Positions 11,544-22,449 of a stretch of DNA of 64,000 nt are shown here, piece after piece. Each line of letters starts with the position of its first letter. Within the stretch, counting starts at the first letter, position 1. The notes under the pieces are model-generated. The model was given only the letters and a program-made list of their open reading frames with translations, was not told the DNA's origin and did no database searches. The DNA comes from Prorocentrum cordatum. Its lineage: Eukaryota. The position numbers were made by a program, and so were the translations under genes. The stretch is taken from positions 372,001 to 436,000 of the forward strand of contig CAUYUJ010000248.1 in the NCBI GenBank assembly GCA_963575745.1, read 5' to 3'.

Positions 11544-14500
11544 GCTGAGCTGCGTCTTGACAAGCCTGAGCTGGCTGCGGTGGCGCACAGGGTCTTCTCG
11601 CCCGCGGCCGTCCAGAGGTCGGGGTAGCAACCTCTTCGGCACGGGCCTCGCCAAGTTCGTCCAGTGGAACTGCCGTGCCTTATGCCATCATGATCCTGAA
11701 GGTCTTGCGCGTCGGCTTCGGCTTCTATCTGAGCTGGCCTCCTCCTCCCTCCCCTCCTCTTCTTACACTGTCCTGGCTCTTCAGGAGACGCACGGTGGTC
11801 ACGACGTGGTCGCCGAAGCCATTCAGCGTGCTAGTTTAACTCACCAAGTTTTTGCGTCCTTCGATGAGGACCCTGGCCCTTTCGAGGTCGAGGCCGGGAC
11901 TCCTAAGGGTGGAGTTGCCACCTTGATCCCGAGGGCCTTGCCGAATTACCCCCTGGAAGTTTCTTCCGAAGTTTTTGTTCGCGGCAGGGTCCTGTTGACC
12001 CAAATTATAAATGTGCGTTCAACTTTTTGCTTGTGGCATTGGAATGTCCACAACTTCGACCTAGGTGTTGAGGCTATCAAACGCGTGTGCTCCCACATTC
12101 GGCAACAGCTTGCCACGGTGCGGAGTGCTCCCTTTAAGTTCGGCCTGCTGCTGCAGGGCGATTTTAACATCTGCGATTCGGGGCGCGAGCGCGCCCTCGC
12201 TCCCCGGACCGCGCCGGGCACTAGTGGGCCGTCCATCGGCCAGAGCCGCCCTGGGGACGCTGCGCGGCGAGCACTCTGGAGGCAGCTCACAGAGATTTCG
12301 AGCAATCGGCCTACGTGCTGGCACCCAGGGACGAAATCTGCTGCTTGCGTGGACAGGTCGTTCACTGCCACCCCGCCTTGGCTTCTTTGCCAAGGCTGGC
12401 AGGCGGTTCAGTCTCACGCCGAGCCTGAGGAGCTGCATCTCGGTGGTGTCAGCGACCATTCCCCCGTCTCCCTCGTTTTCTCTGATCGCCCGCCTCCTCG
12501 TTCGGATCGGCCTCGCCCCCTCCCTCTCCACCTCTATTCGGACCCTGTGTATGCTGACATGGTCAACGCTTACGAGGCTCAGCTCGATTTTGAACTCTGC
12601 GGCCCGCCCGAGCAACCGAGACTTGCGGTCCTTTGTCGACAGGTCGCGGGAGTGGCGACTCGCGATTTGCAGCTCGAGCAGCAGCCGCGCCGTCTTGAGT
12701 CGCGCGCGCTGGTGGCCCAGTCTATTGCGAGAGCGATGTATAGGCAGCATGCACGGCTGGCACGCGCTCTCCACGCGCATCACCCTTGGACTAGAGTTGT
12801 GTTGTTGGTTTCGGCTGGCGGCGAGGTTTCACTAGCGGACCCCACCAAATTCAACGAGCTGCACGCCGGCCTCCAGCTGCAGGAGGCACACCGTAGGAAG
12901 GAACGTCTTGAAAAGGAAGCCGAGGAAGCTGTTTGCCCCGGGCGGCGCCAGCGCGCGCTTGGCAGGAAGTCGGCGGCAGGTCGGCGCGCTCAGTTATGGA
13001 ACCCGTTCCGACGGCGAAAATATTTGGCCTGCATCACCTCGGCAACCGAAGGCTCTGGCGCTACAGAGCCGAGCGCGGTGGGCCCTGCAGGTAACCTCGA
13101 GGCTCTCACCCAGTACTGGCGCCCAGTCTTCGAGGAGTGCTCGCCCGTTCCACGGGCAGCCGAAAGATATACTGAGCGGTTCAAGTCCAGCCGTGATTTC
13201 TCCTCCCTTCCTCCCCCGACTCTTCGGCTCCTCCGCTCCTTCCTCGCTCGCTCCTCCGATAGTGCCCCGGGGCCCGATGGTCTTCACTTCCGGGCCTGGC
13301 GAGTGGGTCATGGAACCCAGATTCTCTACAATTGTCTGCTTTGGTTTATGGCTGGCGGCCCGATGCCCTTGTGGTTTTCAGAATCGCTAGCGGTGTTTCT
13401 CCCGAAACCAGTTGCAGGCGAAGCCGATGAGCTCGAGGCCCTCACCAGATCTGCTGGGCACACTCGCCCGCTAGGTTTGAAAAATACAGCCAACAAAGTG
13501 TTAGGGGGCACTTTAAATCGAGCGATCACCCCGGCTGTGCGCGGGCTGGCAGCGCGATGCCAGAGGGGGTTCATCCCAGGGCGGGGTTTTGTTAACAACA
13601 TTGTTGACCTCGACACGGTAGCGCGCATGGCTAGCATCAATTCGTGCGCATTTCGCCCGCGGCAGGGTTGCGCAGGCCTTCCCCTCGGTGAGGCAAGAGT
13701 GGATGCTCATGAGTCTTAGGTGTCACAGGCTGCCGTCGGAATTCCTCCTCGCAGTGTCTGTGTTCTACCGCCTGAATCCTTGCTACTTTGACGTCGCGTG
13801 CATGTTTGAGCTCATTTATTGGATGCATTCAGGGGTTTTGCAAGGATGCCGTCTGAGCGGCACAGTCTTCATCTTTGCGATTAACCCGTTTCTCGAAGAT
13901 ATCACCATGCATGTAGACGCCAAGAAGCGTGGTTGCACTCGGGCATGCGCTGATGATGTGGGGGTTGTGGTGTGGAGGCGGCGGGGATACTTCGTGCTAG
14001 CCCGTGTATTTGCGCTTGCAAGGATGCTTGCGAATTTAAGACTCAAAACGTCGAAGTGCAATGCTGTCCCTCTCGATGGACCTCTTGAGTCGGCGTCGTC
14101 CCCCCTCCGCTCCATTCTCTCTGAAGCCGATGCTGATTGGGCTGCCTTTAACATCGTCGGCAAATTGATATATCTAGGAGTCTGGCTCGGTCACGCGGCG
14201 ACTTCTTTGGATCAGTGGAGTGGGCCCGCCCAGAAGCTCCTGTCGAGAACCGTTGAGATTGCCAGCTCAGGACCCCATTTTTGTAGATGTGTAGAGCTTT
14301 ATGCGCAGCGTGCCTTACCCGTGCTCTCCTATAAAGCACAAGTGTTCTTTACGCCCCGGGCCATGGCTGTACGTGAGAGGATGCTTTTTGCTCGACTGAT
14401 GCGCACCCCGTGCACGATAGTCACGCACCCGGAGTGGTTCGAACTCCACTCCTGGGGGCTACTTCGTTTGCCGAGTATCCTTTCCATGAATGCGGCCGCG

Positions 14501-15431
14501 TTGATGCGGTGCTCGTTGGCGACACTCTCGACATGGCAGGCTCAGATCGCACGCTTGCGAACGGCCGTGGTCTCCCATGGACCCGCGGCATGGTGGCAGT
14601 CTCCGCGGCACGCCCCCGAGTTCTGGCAGTCCGAGGCTATCGCTAGCACCCTTGAGTGGGCCTCCCTGGGTTTTCCTCCTCGTCCTCCCTCCTTCGATTC
14701 CTCCGCCAGTCCTCCTTCTCGCCTCCTCCAACGCGCTCTGACTCAGGGCGGAGCGGCTGCCCTGCATGTGTTTCGGGACCCCACGGTTCGAGAAGCGAGA
14801 GGGAGACCGCGGTGGGAGGGGAAGTTTAAGCTTTGTTTCCAGGCTGCCCTGTACCCGACCCCCTCCCTCCCCGCTCGCATCCTCGTTCGTGTCCGTCGTC
14901 ACTTCGCTCCCTCCTTCGACTGGGAAGGGACAGAGGATGCCACGATGGAGCTGCTGCAGTTGGCCCCCCCCGCGTGGTCCCATATTGCTCTCAGATCGTG
15001 GCTTGGGTCATGGGTCACAAGTCGCAGGATGGCCCGGCTTGATGTTCAGTGCATCTTCGGGTGCGATGCTCCAGATAACGTCAATCACTATATATGTAGT
15101 TGCCGCAGGTTACAGTATGTCGCCTCCATGGCTCTGCGCTCATTTCTCCCAGGGGACCCTCTCTTCCTCCTTGGTCTGCGAGGCGGTTCCCTGGCCTCTG
15201 CTGTTGCGTGTTATCACACACATCGTTTAGCGTCCCATCAGAGTTCGCTTCCATTGTCCTTCTCCCAAGCCGACCAGTTGATGGACGCCGTGAGGTTGGC
15301 CACGCGTCTCCCAACGCGGAGGCGTCAGAGGCATTTGTTGTGCCGAGCCTCCCTCGACTCCATCGTGGAGCAGGCGCGACTGGGAAGGGAGGAAGGGTAG
15401 AGTGACTAGGATCTGGACTCCTTCACGCTCC
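11544..15431 (+). mobile_element. Young non-LTR retrotransposon (LINE-B), probably 5'-truncated, EN-RT-CCHC, flanked by (CCT)n
   Basis: Two long ORFs (720 and 570 aa) form one EN-RT polyprotein. There is no ORF1 and no ATG before the EN domain. The 3' UTR is only about 30 bp and runs into (CCT)n. Confidence 0.9.
11557..15400 (+). pseudogene. LINE-B ORF2 (APE endonuclease, reverse transcriptase, CCHC knuckle), frameshifted near 13650-13690
   Basis: EN motifs: QWNCRAL, LQETH, GGVATL, GDFN, VDRSF, SDHSPV. RT motifs: SAPGPDG, VFLPK, RPLGLKNTANK, QRGFIPGR, AQAFPSV, GVLQGCRLS, ACADD, YLGVWLG. C-terminal knuckle: CIFGCDAPDNVNHYICSC. Confidence 0.92.
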
Positions 15432-15538
15432 GCCTCCTCCTCCTCCTCCTCCTCCTCCTCCTCCTCCCCCTCCTCCTCCTCCTCCTCCTCCTCCTCCTTC
15501 TCCTCCTCCTCCTCGCTCCTCACTCCTCACCCCTCCTT
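15432..15538 (+). repeat. (CCT)n / CTCCTCA tract, right flank of LINE-B
   Basis: Direct reading. Confidence 0.95.
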
Positions 15539-15829
15539 TTATAATTACTCAATATGAATACTACTCTCCCTCTTCCCCTGATGGCGCGCTGGGAATAGCC
15601 GACCCCCCCCGCGTACTGTTCTTTTACACACAGGATCCCCGGGAGTTGGGTTTTCGCTTGCGTTTTTCCAAAATGCTGCTCTCGCTGAGGCGCCGGCCTC
15701 ATTTCTGCTCCCGAATCGTTCCGAATCGTGCTCCCGCTGCAGCGTGGGCCTCATTTTCGGATCGGTGTTTTGCCTCCGTCGTTCAGGATGGCGTTCTCGC
15801 CCCAGCGCGGGCCTCTTTCTCGCGCGCCC

Positions 15830-16100
15830 ATCCGCCCGCCACCACCGCGCCGCACCACGCCCCGCCCCGCCGCACGCACACCCACCGCCACTTCCACCCA
15901 CCAACGCACGCACGCACGCACGCGCACCACCACCGCGTACCGCCACCACCACCGCACCACCCCACCCACCACCACCACGCTACACCGCGTCACACCACAT
16001 CACACGCGCGCACACATAGACACACACGCACGCGCGCACACACACACACATACACACACACACACGCACACACACACACATACACACACGCACACACACA

Positions 16101-16136
<36 letters not shown>

Positions 16137-16350
16137 ACCACCGCTTGCACCACCACCGCCATCACGCACGTACGCACCTGGCCCACCACCAAACCACCAA
16201 GACGCCACACCACGTCACAGCACAGCACACGCGCACACACGCACACACACACACACACATGCACACCACCACCACCACCACAACAACCACAACCACGCAC
16301 ACACGCACGCACGCACGCGCACCACCAGCCACTACGCACACGCGCGCGAA
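15830..16350. repeat. (CA)n / (CAC)n / (CACG)n low-complexity tract
   Basis: Direct reading. Confidence 0.95.
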
Positions 16351-16460
16351 GCCACAGGTCCGCTACGACACGCGTCCGCGGATAGAGAAAATCAGCGCCA
16401 TGGTAAGGGATGGGAGGGAGGGGTAGGATGTCAGATGTTGACGCGAGCGCACCTAACTTG

Positions 16461-16623
16461 CCTCCTCCCCCTCCTCCTCCTCCTCCTCCTCCTCCTCCTC
16501 CTCCTCCTTCTCCTCCTCCTCCTCCTCCTCCTCCTCCTCCTCCTCCTCCCTCGCCTCCTCCTCCTCCTGCCTCCTGCTCCTCCTCCTCCTCCTCCTCCTC
16601 CTCCTTCTCCTTCCTCCCCCTCC
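16461..16623 (+). repeat. (CCT)n tract
   Basis: Direct reading. Confidence 0.95.
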
Positions 16624-17020
16624 TTCAGGCCACGGACGGCCCAGACCCTAATCACATGCGGCCTCGAACCGAGCGCGTTGACCCTCCCGCGATCCTCCCA
16701 GGACCCCGAGAGGGAATGCCCCGACTGGCTGGCTACTGCCGGCGCCCCAGCGCGCCGACGGCACGACGGCAACCGCGGAGATGACCGCTGCGGCGCCCCC
16801 CTCTGGCAGCGATGAGCTCGCAGGCCCAACTCCATCGAGCATGACTATGGCGACGGCTCTTTTGTGCCGGCGCTGCTGCTGTCCCCCCGCCAGGCCTAAT
16901 GGAGCTGCGCAGCCAGGGGGCGAAGGCCACGAACGAGGTATGGTTGCGCACGCCTACGGAGGTATCCCATGAGGAGTACACCGCCTATTGACACTTGTCC
17001 AACGACTGGGAGGACCACAT

Positions 17021-17152
17021 CTTTGGCATCGCTCAGACGTGCGAAGTCTTCTTCGGCGAGGACCATCGAGGAGCATCCTGGATCATCCTGCGAGAAGTAC
17101 CGCACGAGAGCAGCAAAACATCACGGGGAATGGACGTCCAAGTGATGGCGAG
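17021..17152. mobile_element. MITE family 1, copy a (132 bp, termini CT...AG, TSD CAT)
   Basis: Imperfect TIR CTTTGGCATCGCTCAGACGT / ACGTCCAAGTGATGGCGAG. Removing the element and one CAT restores HSP90 GAC CAC ATC GCG GTG (DHIAV). Confidence 0.85.
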
Positions 17153-17244
17153 CATCGCGGTGCAACACTTCAGCGTCGAAGGGCCGTGCGCCCTCCATGC
17201 GATGTTCTTCGCGCCACCTCCCACGGGTGATCGACCCTGAACAG

Positions 17245-17419
17245 ATCGGCCACGCGCAGAAGGGGTGTTTGGGGAGGGCGAGGGGCTTCTTAAAAGCACC
17301 CCTGGTTCTTATAAGGCGCGGGCCTTGTTAGTAGATGTAAGGCCGGCGCCTTCTGAGAAACAGCCTCTTTCTAAAGAGCCATCCCCCCTCCCCCATACCC
17401 TCTTGTGCGCGCCGCCAAG
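17245..17419. mobile_element. MITE family 2 (ends ...GCGCGCCGCCAAG) inserted in the HSP90 fragment; related copy at ~20040-20180
   Basis: The left end ATCGGCCACGCGCAGAAGGGG is an imperfect inverted repeat of the right end CCCTCTTGTGCGCGCCGCCAAG. Flanks are CAG/CAA. The internal sequence (TAAGGCGC...TGTAAG..CGGCGCCTTCT..GAA.CAGCCTC) recurs at 20060-20180. Confidence 0.65.
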
Positions 17420-17841
17420 CAAAACCATTGCAACCTCAAGCTCGCCACGCAACGCGACGACAGCATGACAGATTACAAAGAGCTCTCGCCATCTGTCGCC
17501 TGCGCGGCTCAACTTCGTCACGGGCGTAGTGGACTCCGACCAATTGCAGCATACATCTGCCCGCGACCTTGCACCAGGACAAGATCTTGCACACGATCAA
17601 GAAGCATCTCGTCCAGAAGTGTCTGAACATGGTCGCGACCATGGCTGAGCAGAGCGGCGACTACCACAAAATCTGCGAGCAGTTCGGCGCGCCTGTCGAT
17701 TACCCGACGGAGCCGCACGAACCGCAGCCCTTCGCCATGAACGAATGTGATGAGGAGGCCACGTCCGAACCCGTCAGCACTGCTGTGTCCGAGGATTTCG
17801 CTTACCCGAGACGCCTGCGACAGCAGCACGTAGCCGATTTG

Positions 17842-18303
17842 CCGTTGTGGATGCGCAAGACCGAGGGCGTCACCCACGAGGAGTACGCTTCTCTCTACAA
17901 GACCTTGTCCAACAACAGGGAGCACCAAGCGGCACTGCAGCACCTCAGCGCGAGGACGCAATATGACCACCATGCGTTTCTCTACATGCCCAAGGCGCCC
18001 CCGTCCGCTCAGACCGACAACGCGCTGAAGCATAGCAGTGTCAGGCTCGCTGTGCGATCCGACAACAGTCTGAACCACTGCGGGGAGCTAAGGCTAGCCT
18101 AGCGCAACTTCGTCACGGGCATGGTGGACACCGAGAACTTGCAGTCACACGTCTCCCACGAGCCCTTGCACTAGGACAGGAACGAGCGCGGGATCATGAA
18201 ACATCTTATCCAGATGTATCTGGGCATGATTGCGGGACTCGCCGAGCGGAGTGGCGACGACCGGAAGATTTACACGAAATTCGGCCAACACCTCCAGGTG
18301 GGC
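17842..18303 (+). pseudogene. HSP90: HSP90 middle-domain fragment, copy 2
   Basis: PLWMRKTEGVTHEEYASLYKTLSNNREHQAALQHLS...*RNFVTGMVDTENLQSHVSHEPLH*...IAGLAERSGDDRKIYTKFGQHLQVG. Confidence 0.88.
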
Positions 18304-18831
18304 AAGAACGTGGACGCGAAGACCTTGAATGAGTACGCGAAAGGAGCGACGGAAGACCCGAACGACGCCAACGCAGAGGAGGAGCAGCACGGGGAGGAGG
18401 ACGACGACGCCATCTCCAGCGATATCTACGACTCCTTCGCCCATCCGCGCAGCAAGGCGATTGTCGACCTCACGGTGGGCACCTGCGAAGAGATGGTGAT
18501 CGCGGCTCTCGAGCGCGCGGCAGCAGATACGGTGTCCGACTCGTTTCGAGGTCCCCCCGACACGTTGAGGGCGATCCATAGGCTGGCCATGGGTGGCCAA
18601 GCAACACATCCAAATTTCATATGATATTCCTGCATAGGACCTGCGCTCATGTCGTGTCCCTGCTTGTCGCCGTTGTCGAATGTACCCGTGCAGCGAACGC
18701 CCGCCCGCGCCGCCGGCCTGTCACCTCGTCCATAGGGTGCCGTCCCGAGCAGCGTTGTCGAGTGTGCCCCAGACGCGCCGCCGAGAGAGAATATGCACCT
18801 TGTGGGGTCAAGCGGCGGTTTTGCTGAAGAT

Positions 18832-19297
18832 TGTATGTTTGTGTGTATGTATGTATGTATGTACGTACGTACGTACGTACGTACGTACATATGTATGTAT
18901 GTATGTATGAATGAATGAATGTATGTATGTATGTATGTATGTATGATGTATGCATGTATGTATGTATGTATGACATGTACGTACCCATGCATGTGTGCAT
19001 GTGCGTTAGTATGAATGTATGTATGTATGTATGTTTGTGTGTATGTATGTATGTATATATGTATGTATAGGTATGCGTGTGTGTATGTATGTATGTATGT
19101 ATGTATGTATGTATGTATGTATGAATGAACATGCGCGTATGCATGTAAGCATGTATGCATGCATGTATGTATGTATGTATGTATGTATGTATGTATGTAT
19201 GTACGTGTGTACGGAAGTATGTACGTATGTCTGCCTGTCTGTCTGCATGTATGGATGTGTGTACTTATGTATGTATATAAACTTCTACATATACACA
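18832..19297. repeat. (TATG)n microsatellite
   Basis: Direct reading. Confidence 0.97.
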
Positions 19298-21334
19298 CTA
19301 GAGTTCTTGTTTCAGCACACAGCCCCCCTCGTTGAATAGTTCCTCCACCTCCTCCTCCTCCTCCTTCTCCCTCCTTTCCTCCCTCCCTCCCTCCCTCCCT
19401 CTCTTCCTCTCTCCCTCCCCTTCCTCCCCCTCCCGACTCCTCTGCCGCAGCGCGCGGAGAAGCCTTCTACTGCGGTGTTCAGTCACGCGCAGACGGGGGG
19501 GGCGGATTCGGCAGCAAATCACGAGGCCCTCCAAGCCGATCATCGGAGGAGGAAAAGGTACCGATGCCACCACGGCGGCAGCATTGGATAAGGAGCGTGT
19601 TCCCGGGGCCCAGACCCTGCCGCATTCCTCATTGTTTCAGGACGAGGTGGGTGGCCGACGTTTGGCCGCCCATAGGTCGCGAGACCCTGGGTTCCTTATC
19701 GAAGGTACCCCTTCTCCTCCTCCGCCTCCTCCTCCTCCTTCCTCCTCCGCCTTCCTCCCTCCTCCTTCCTCCTCCGCATCGTTCTCGGTGGGCCTCCGGG
19801 GCTGCCCTCGTCGCCGCTGCGGGCTTCCTGGGAGGCCTCCGCGAGCGGTGCTTCAGCCGCGCGCAGGGGAGGGGTCGGGCGGGGCTAGGACGAGGAAAAC
19901 CGTTCCAGAGCGTTCCAGAACGCTCTCGGAACGTTCCGGAACGCTCTGAGAAGGCCGCGGCGCCCGAAACATCATCCAGAATTGTGGGACGTCAGAGATT
20001 CTCGACGTATCCTCATCAGCATTTGCCCTCGTCCTGGTTTCGTCTCAGTGCTGGGGGAGGGGGGAGGGTTTCTTGGAAGCCCCCTGCTTCTGAGAAGGCG
20101 CTGCTCTCCTCTGTAGGTGTAAGTCTGGCGCCTTCTACGAAGCAGCCTCCTTCTTCTAATCCCTTGAGCGCGCCGCCAAGGTGCGAGGACGCCTTCCGAG
20201 CGCGCTTCGGGCCCCTCGCGGTTGTCAAGGGTCGGCTACACGTAGGAGTGACCGTTCGTCGGAGGAGCACTTGGTGCGGGCCCAGCGGGGCCCCACAATC
20301 GCATAATTTCGATGGCTTCGATGCGATAACAGCGGCTTGCGCGCCTGGATTTGACCGCCCTGGTGGCCCCCAGAAGCCGCGCACCAAAGGTCATTCTTGC
20401 CTAGGGTCACCCTTGCGTGTAGCCGAAAGGGAAGAAAAACACCCCGTCCCTGCCACTTTGCGTTCACTGAGCGGCCTCAGGCGTTTACTGAGCAAGCAGC
20501 CCTGCCTTGTTCGATTCCTTTCTTGGGTGCGTTTTCTAAACTGTTTTGCTTGTCGGGGTGCTCACTGCGAGGGTGGTGGTCCTGCTCTCCAGGCTGGCCT
20601 GCGGGTGTCGGACGGCGGCGAGCGGCCCGCGGCGCTGCTGGGGATCTTGCGGTGACCGGCCCATGGGGCGCGCACCCGTGGTGAGCGTGGAGAGCCAGCC
20701 GGCGGCGCGCGCGAGCGCGCCCGGCCCGCCTCTCCTCTCTGAGATAACATCGCTGTCTGCAGCGTTGGCACCGCACCCCGTCATGCCCCACCCCCCTTTC
20801 CTGCGACCTCCGAGGGGAGCGTTCCATCAGCTGCGCCTCGCCGAGTTCTGGGGGGGAGCGGCCGCCGGAGGCCCGAGTTATGACCCGAAAACCGCCGGGG
20901 CTGGACGACGCCAACCGTGCATCAGAGGAGGGCGAGTTGAGGCAACGGCAGTTGTTCTTGGGGGGGGCCCTCGTCGCCAGGGCTGGATGCAGCTCGGAAG
21001 ACTGGTGAGTTTGGGCCCTGGGAGGGGCCCAGGGAACGATTCTGCCGCTTTGTCACGGGTCGCCCTGCTCCGACTCCCCTGCCCCCCCCCCCCACCACCC
21101 GCACCTGCAGAGCACGCCGGCGTGCGCCCCCAGGTTGCCTGCATGTGCCACCCTCAGGCAGGCTTGGGATGAGGATCGGTCGCTTCACACATGTGTGCCT
21201 GCCTTGGCAATCTCGGGAAGGCCTGGGGTAAGGATCGGTCGCTTCAGAGGGCGCTCCAGAGCGCTCTGGAACGGCCGCGGCGCCCGGTGCATCCTCCAGA
21301 CCCCCCAGTCCTTCCCGATTTGTCTTCATTCGAC

Positions 21335-21501
21335 TCCAGGTCACCCGCGGGGCGCGAAGATCTTTGCGCGTTGCGGTCTGGGTCAGAGTGGTTGCCCTTC
21401 TCCATGGGCGGCGCGAATGCGCTAGGCCTCGAGAGCGCGATGATGATTAAGCGCGCGTCGCGCATCGCGGGGCACGATGCGCGAAGTTGGGTGACCTGGG
21501 A
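21335..21501. mobile_element. Small TIR element; related copy at ~60921-61160
   Basis: TCCAGGTCACCC...GGGTGACCTGGGA inverted ends. GGTCACCC..GGGGCGCGAAGAT and TCGCGCATCGCGGGGC.CGATGCGCGA are shared with 60927-61060. Confidence 0.55.
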
Positions 21502-21896
21502 ACTCGTTTTCATCCTGCCTTCGATTTACACCTTCCCCTCCCCCAAAGATGCCTGCATCCCCTCTCGACCATCCCTCAGATCCAGCGTTGCGCAAACCAA
21601 TGTCACATCGCAGAGAGTCACGACCAGTGCCCTGCAGTCAGGAACTTCGGCTCAGCGTGTCGCATCGCTGGTTCTGGCCCACCACGCTGCGGCGCGACGC
21701 GCTATCCACATCTCAGTCCCCAGCTTCCCGCCCCACGGAGCGGAGCGACACGCTATCCCCTCGGAAGGCATAGCGTGAGGCCGGGGCCGCTGCCGCGACA
21801 CGCCCTGTGCAATCCACCCCATCTTCCTGCGGAATTTTTCAAGTCGGATCTACAGGCGAACACGACGGGAGGGAGAAAATTGCAATGCCCAGATCT

Positions 21897-22064
21897 CTCT
21901 GGCATCGCTCGGACGTGTGCATTTTTTCGGCGTGGCCAGGGCCAGAAAGCCTGGACCATCTGGGAGCATCTTGGATCATCTGGCGAGAGAAAAAAACACA
22001 CAAACAAACAAAAACGCACGAAACTAGACAATGCACGGGGAATGGACGTCCGAGCGATGACAAG
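21897..22064. mobile_element. MITE family 1, copy b (168 bp, TSD TCT)
   Basis: Perfect 14-bp TIR core CATCGCTCGGACGT / ACGTCCGAGCGATG. The internal GACCATC..GAGCATC.TGGATCATC and AATGCAC.GGGAATGGACG are shared with the other copies. Confidence 0.85.
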
Positions 22065-22427
22065 TCTCAGGGCCCCTCCGCGCCCTTCGAGGGTGTTCCT
22101 TTCTGGACCTGCGGCCCGCAGCGCGCTGCCACTCAGCCCGCCAGGCCTTGCGCGCCAGGCGCTCCGCGCCCGTAGCATCCCCGCCTCGCGTCCGCCCCGC
22201 TCGCCGTGTGCCGCTTCTGCGCTTCTCCCGCTCGCCGCTGCCCAGCACGCCAGAGGCGACTGCAATGGTCGCCATGAAGGAGACGGGTCCTGAGGGAAAC
22301 GGGTCCTGAGCTTTTGCACCGTCCACGGGCCGTCCGCGGGCCAAGGGGCCTGGGGCCGTCCACGGGCCAAGGGGCTGTAACAAAACGGTTCAGGATGGGG
22401 CACGCGTCCTGGAGGAAGGCCCCGGGG

Positions 22428-22449
22428 TCCGTAGCCATTTTGGCTCAAG
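22428..22449 (+). other. Exact 22-nt dinoflagellate spliced-leader (DinoSL) sequence in genomic DNA
   Basis: TCCGTAGCCATTTTGGCTCAAG equals DCCGTAGCCATTTTGGCTCAAG. It is followed by CTG rather than a GT donor, so it is not an SL RNA gene. Confidence 0.97.

Larger units (their letters stand above)
16938..17688 (+). pseudogene. HSP90: HSP90 middle-domain fragment, copy 1 (two MITE insertions, stops)
   Basis: VWLRTPTEVSHEEYTAY*HLSNDWEDH[MITE]IAVQHFSVEG...[MITE]...NFVTGVVDSD...QDKILHTIKKHLVQKCLNMVATMAEQSGDYHKICEQFG. Compare canonical HSP90: LW.RK...+T.EEY..FYK.L+NDWEDHLAVKHFSVEGQ...NF+KGVVDSEDLPLN+SRE.LQQNKIL+VI+KNLVKKCL. Confidence 0.9.

Noticed and set aside
15646..16815. 389-aa His/Thr-rich ORF
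   Set aside because: Translation of (CA)n and (CCT)n repeats.
16938..18303. Functional HSP90 gene
   Set aside because: In-frame stops, frameshifts and MITE insertions, with no ATPase or C-terminal domain.
18426..19339. HTYI/MYVC-repeat ORFs
   Set aside because: Translation of (TATG)n.
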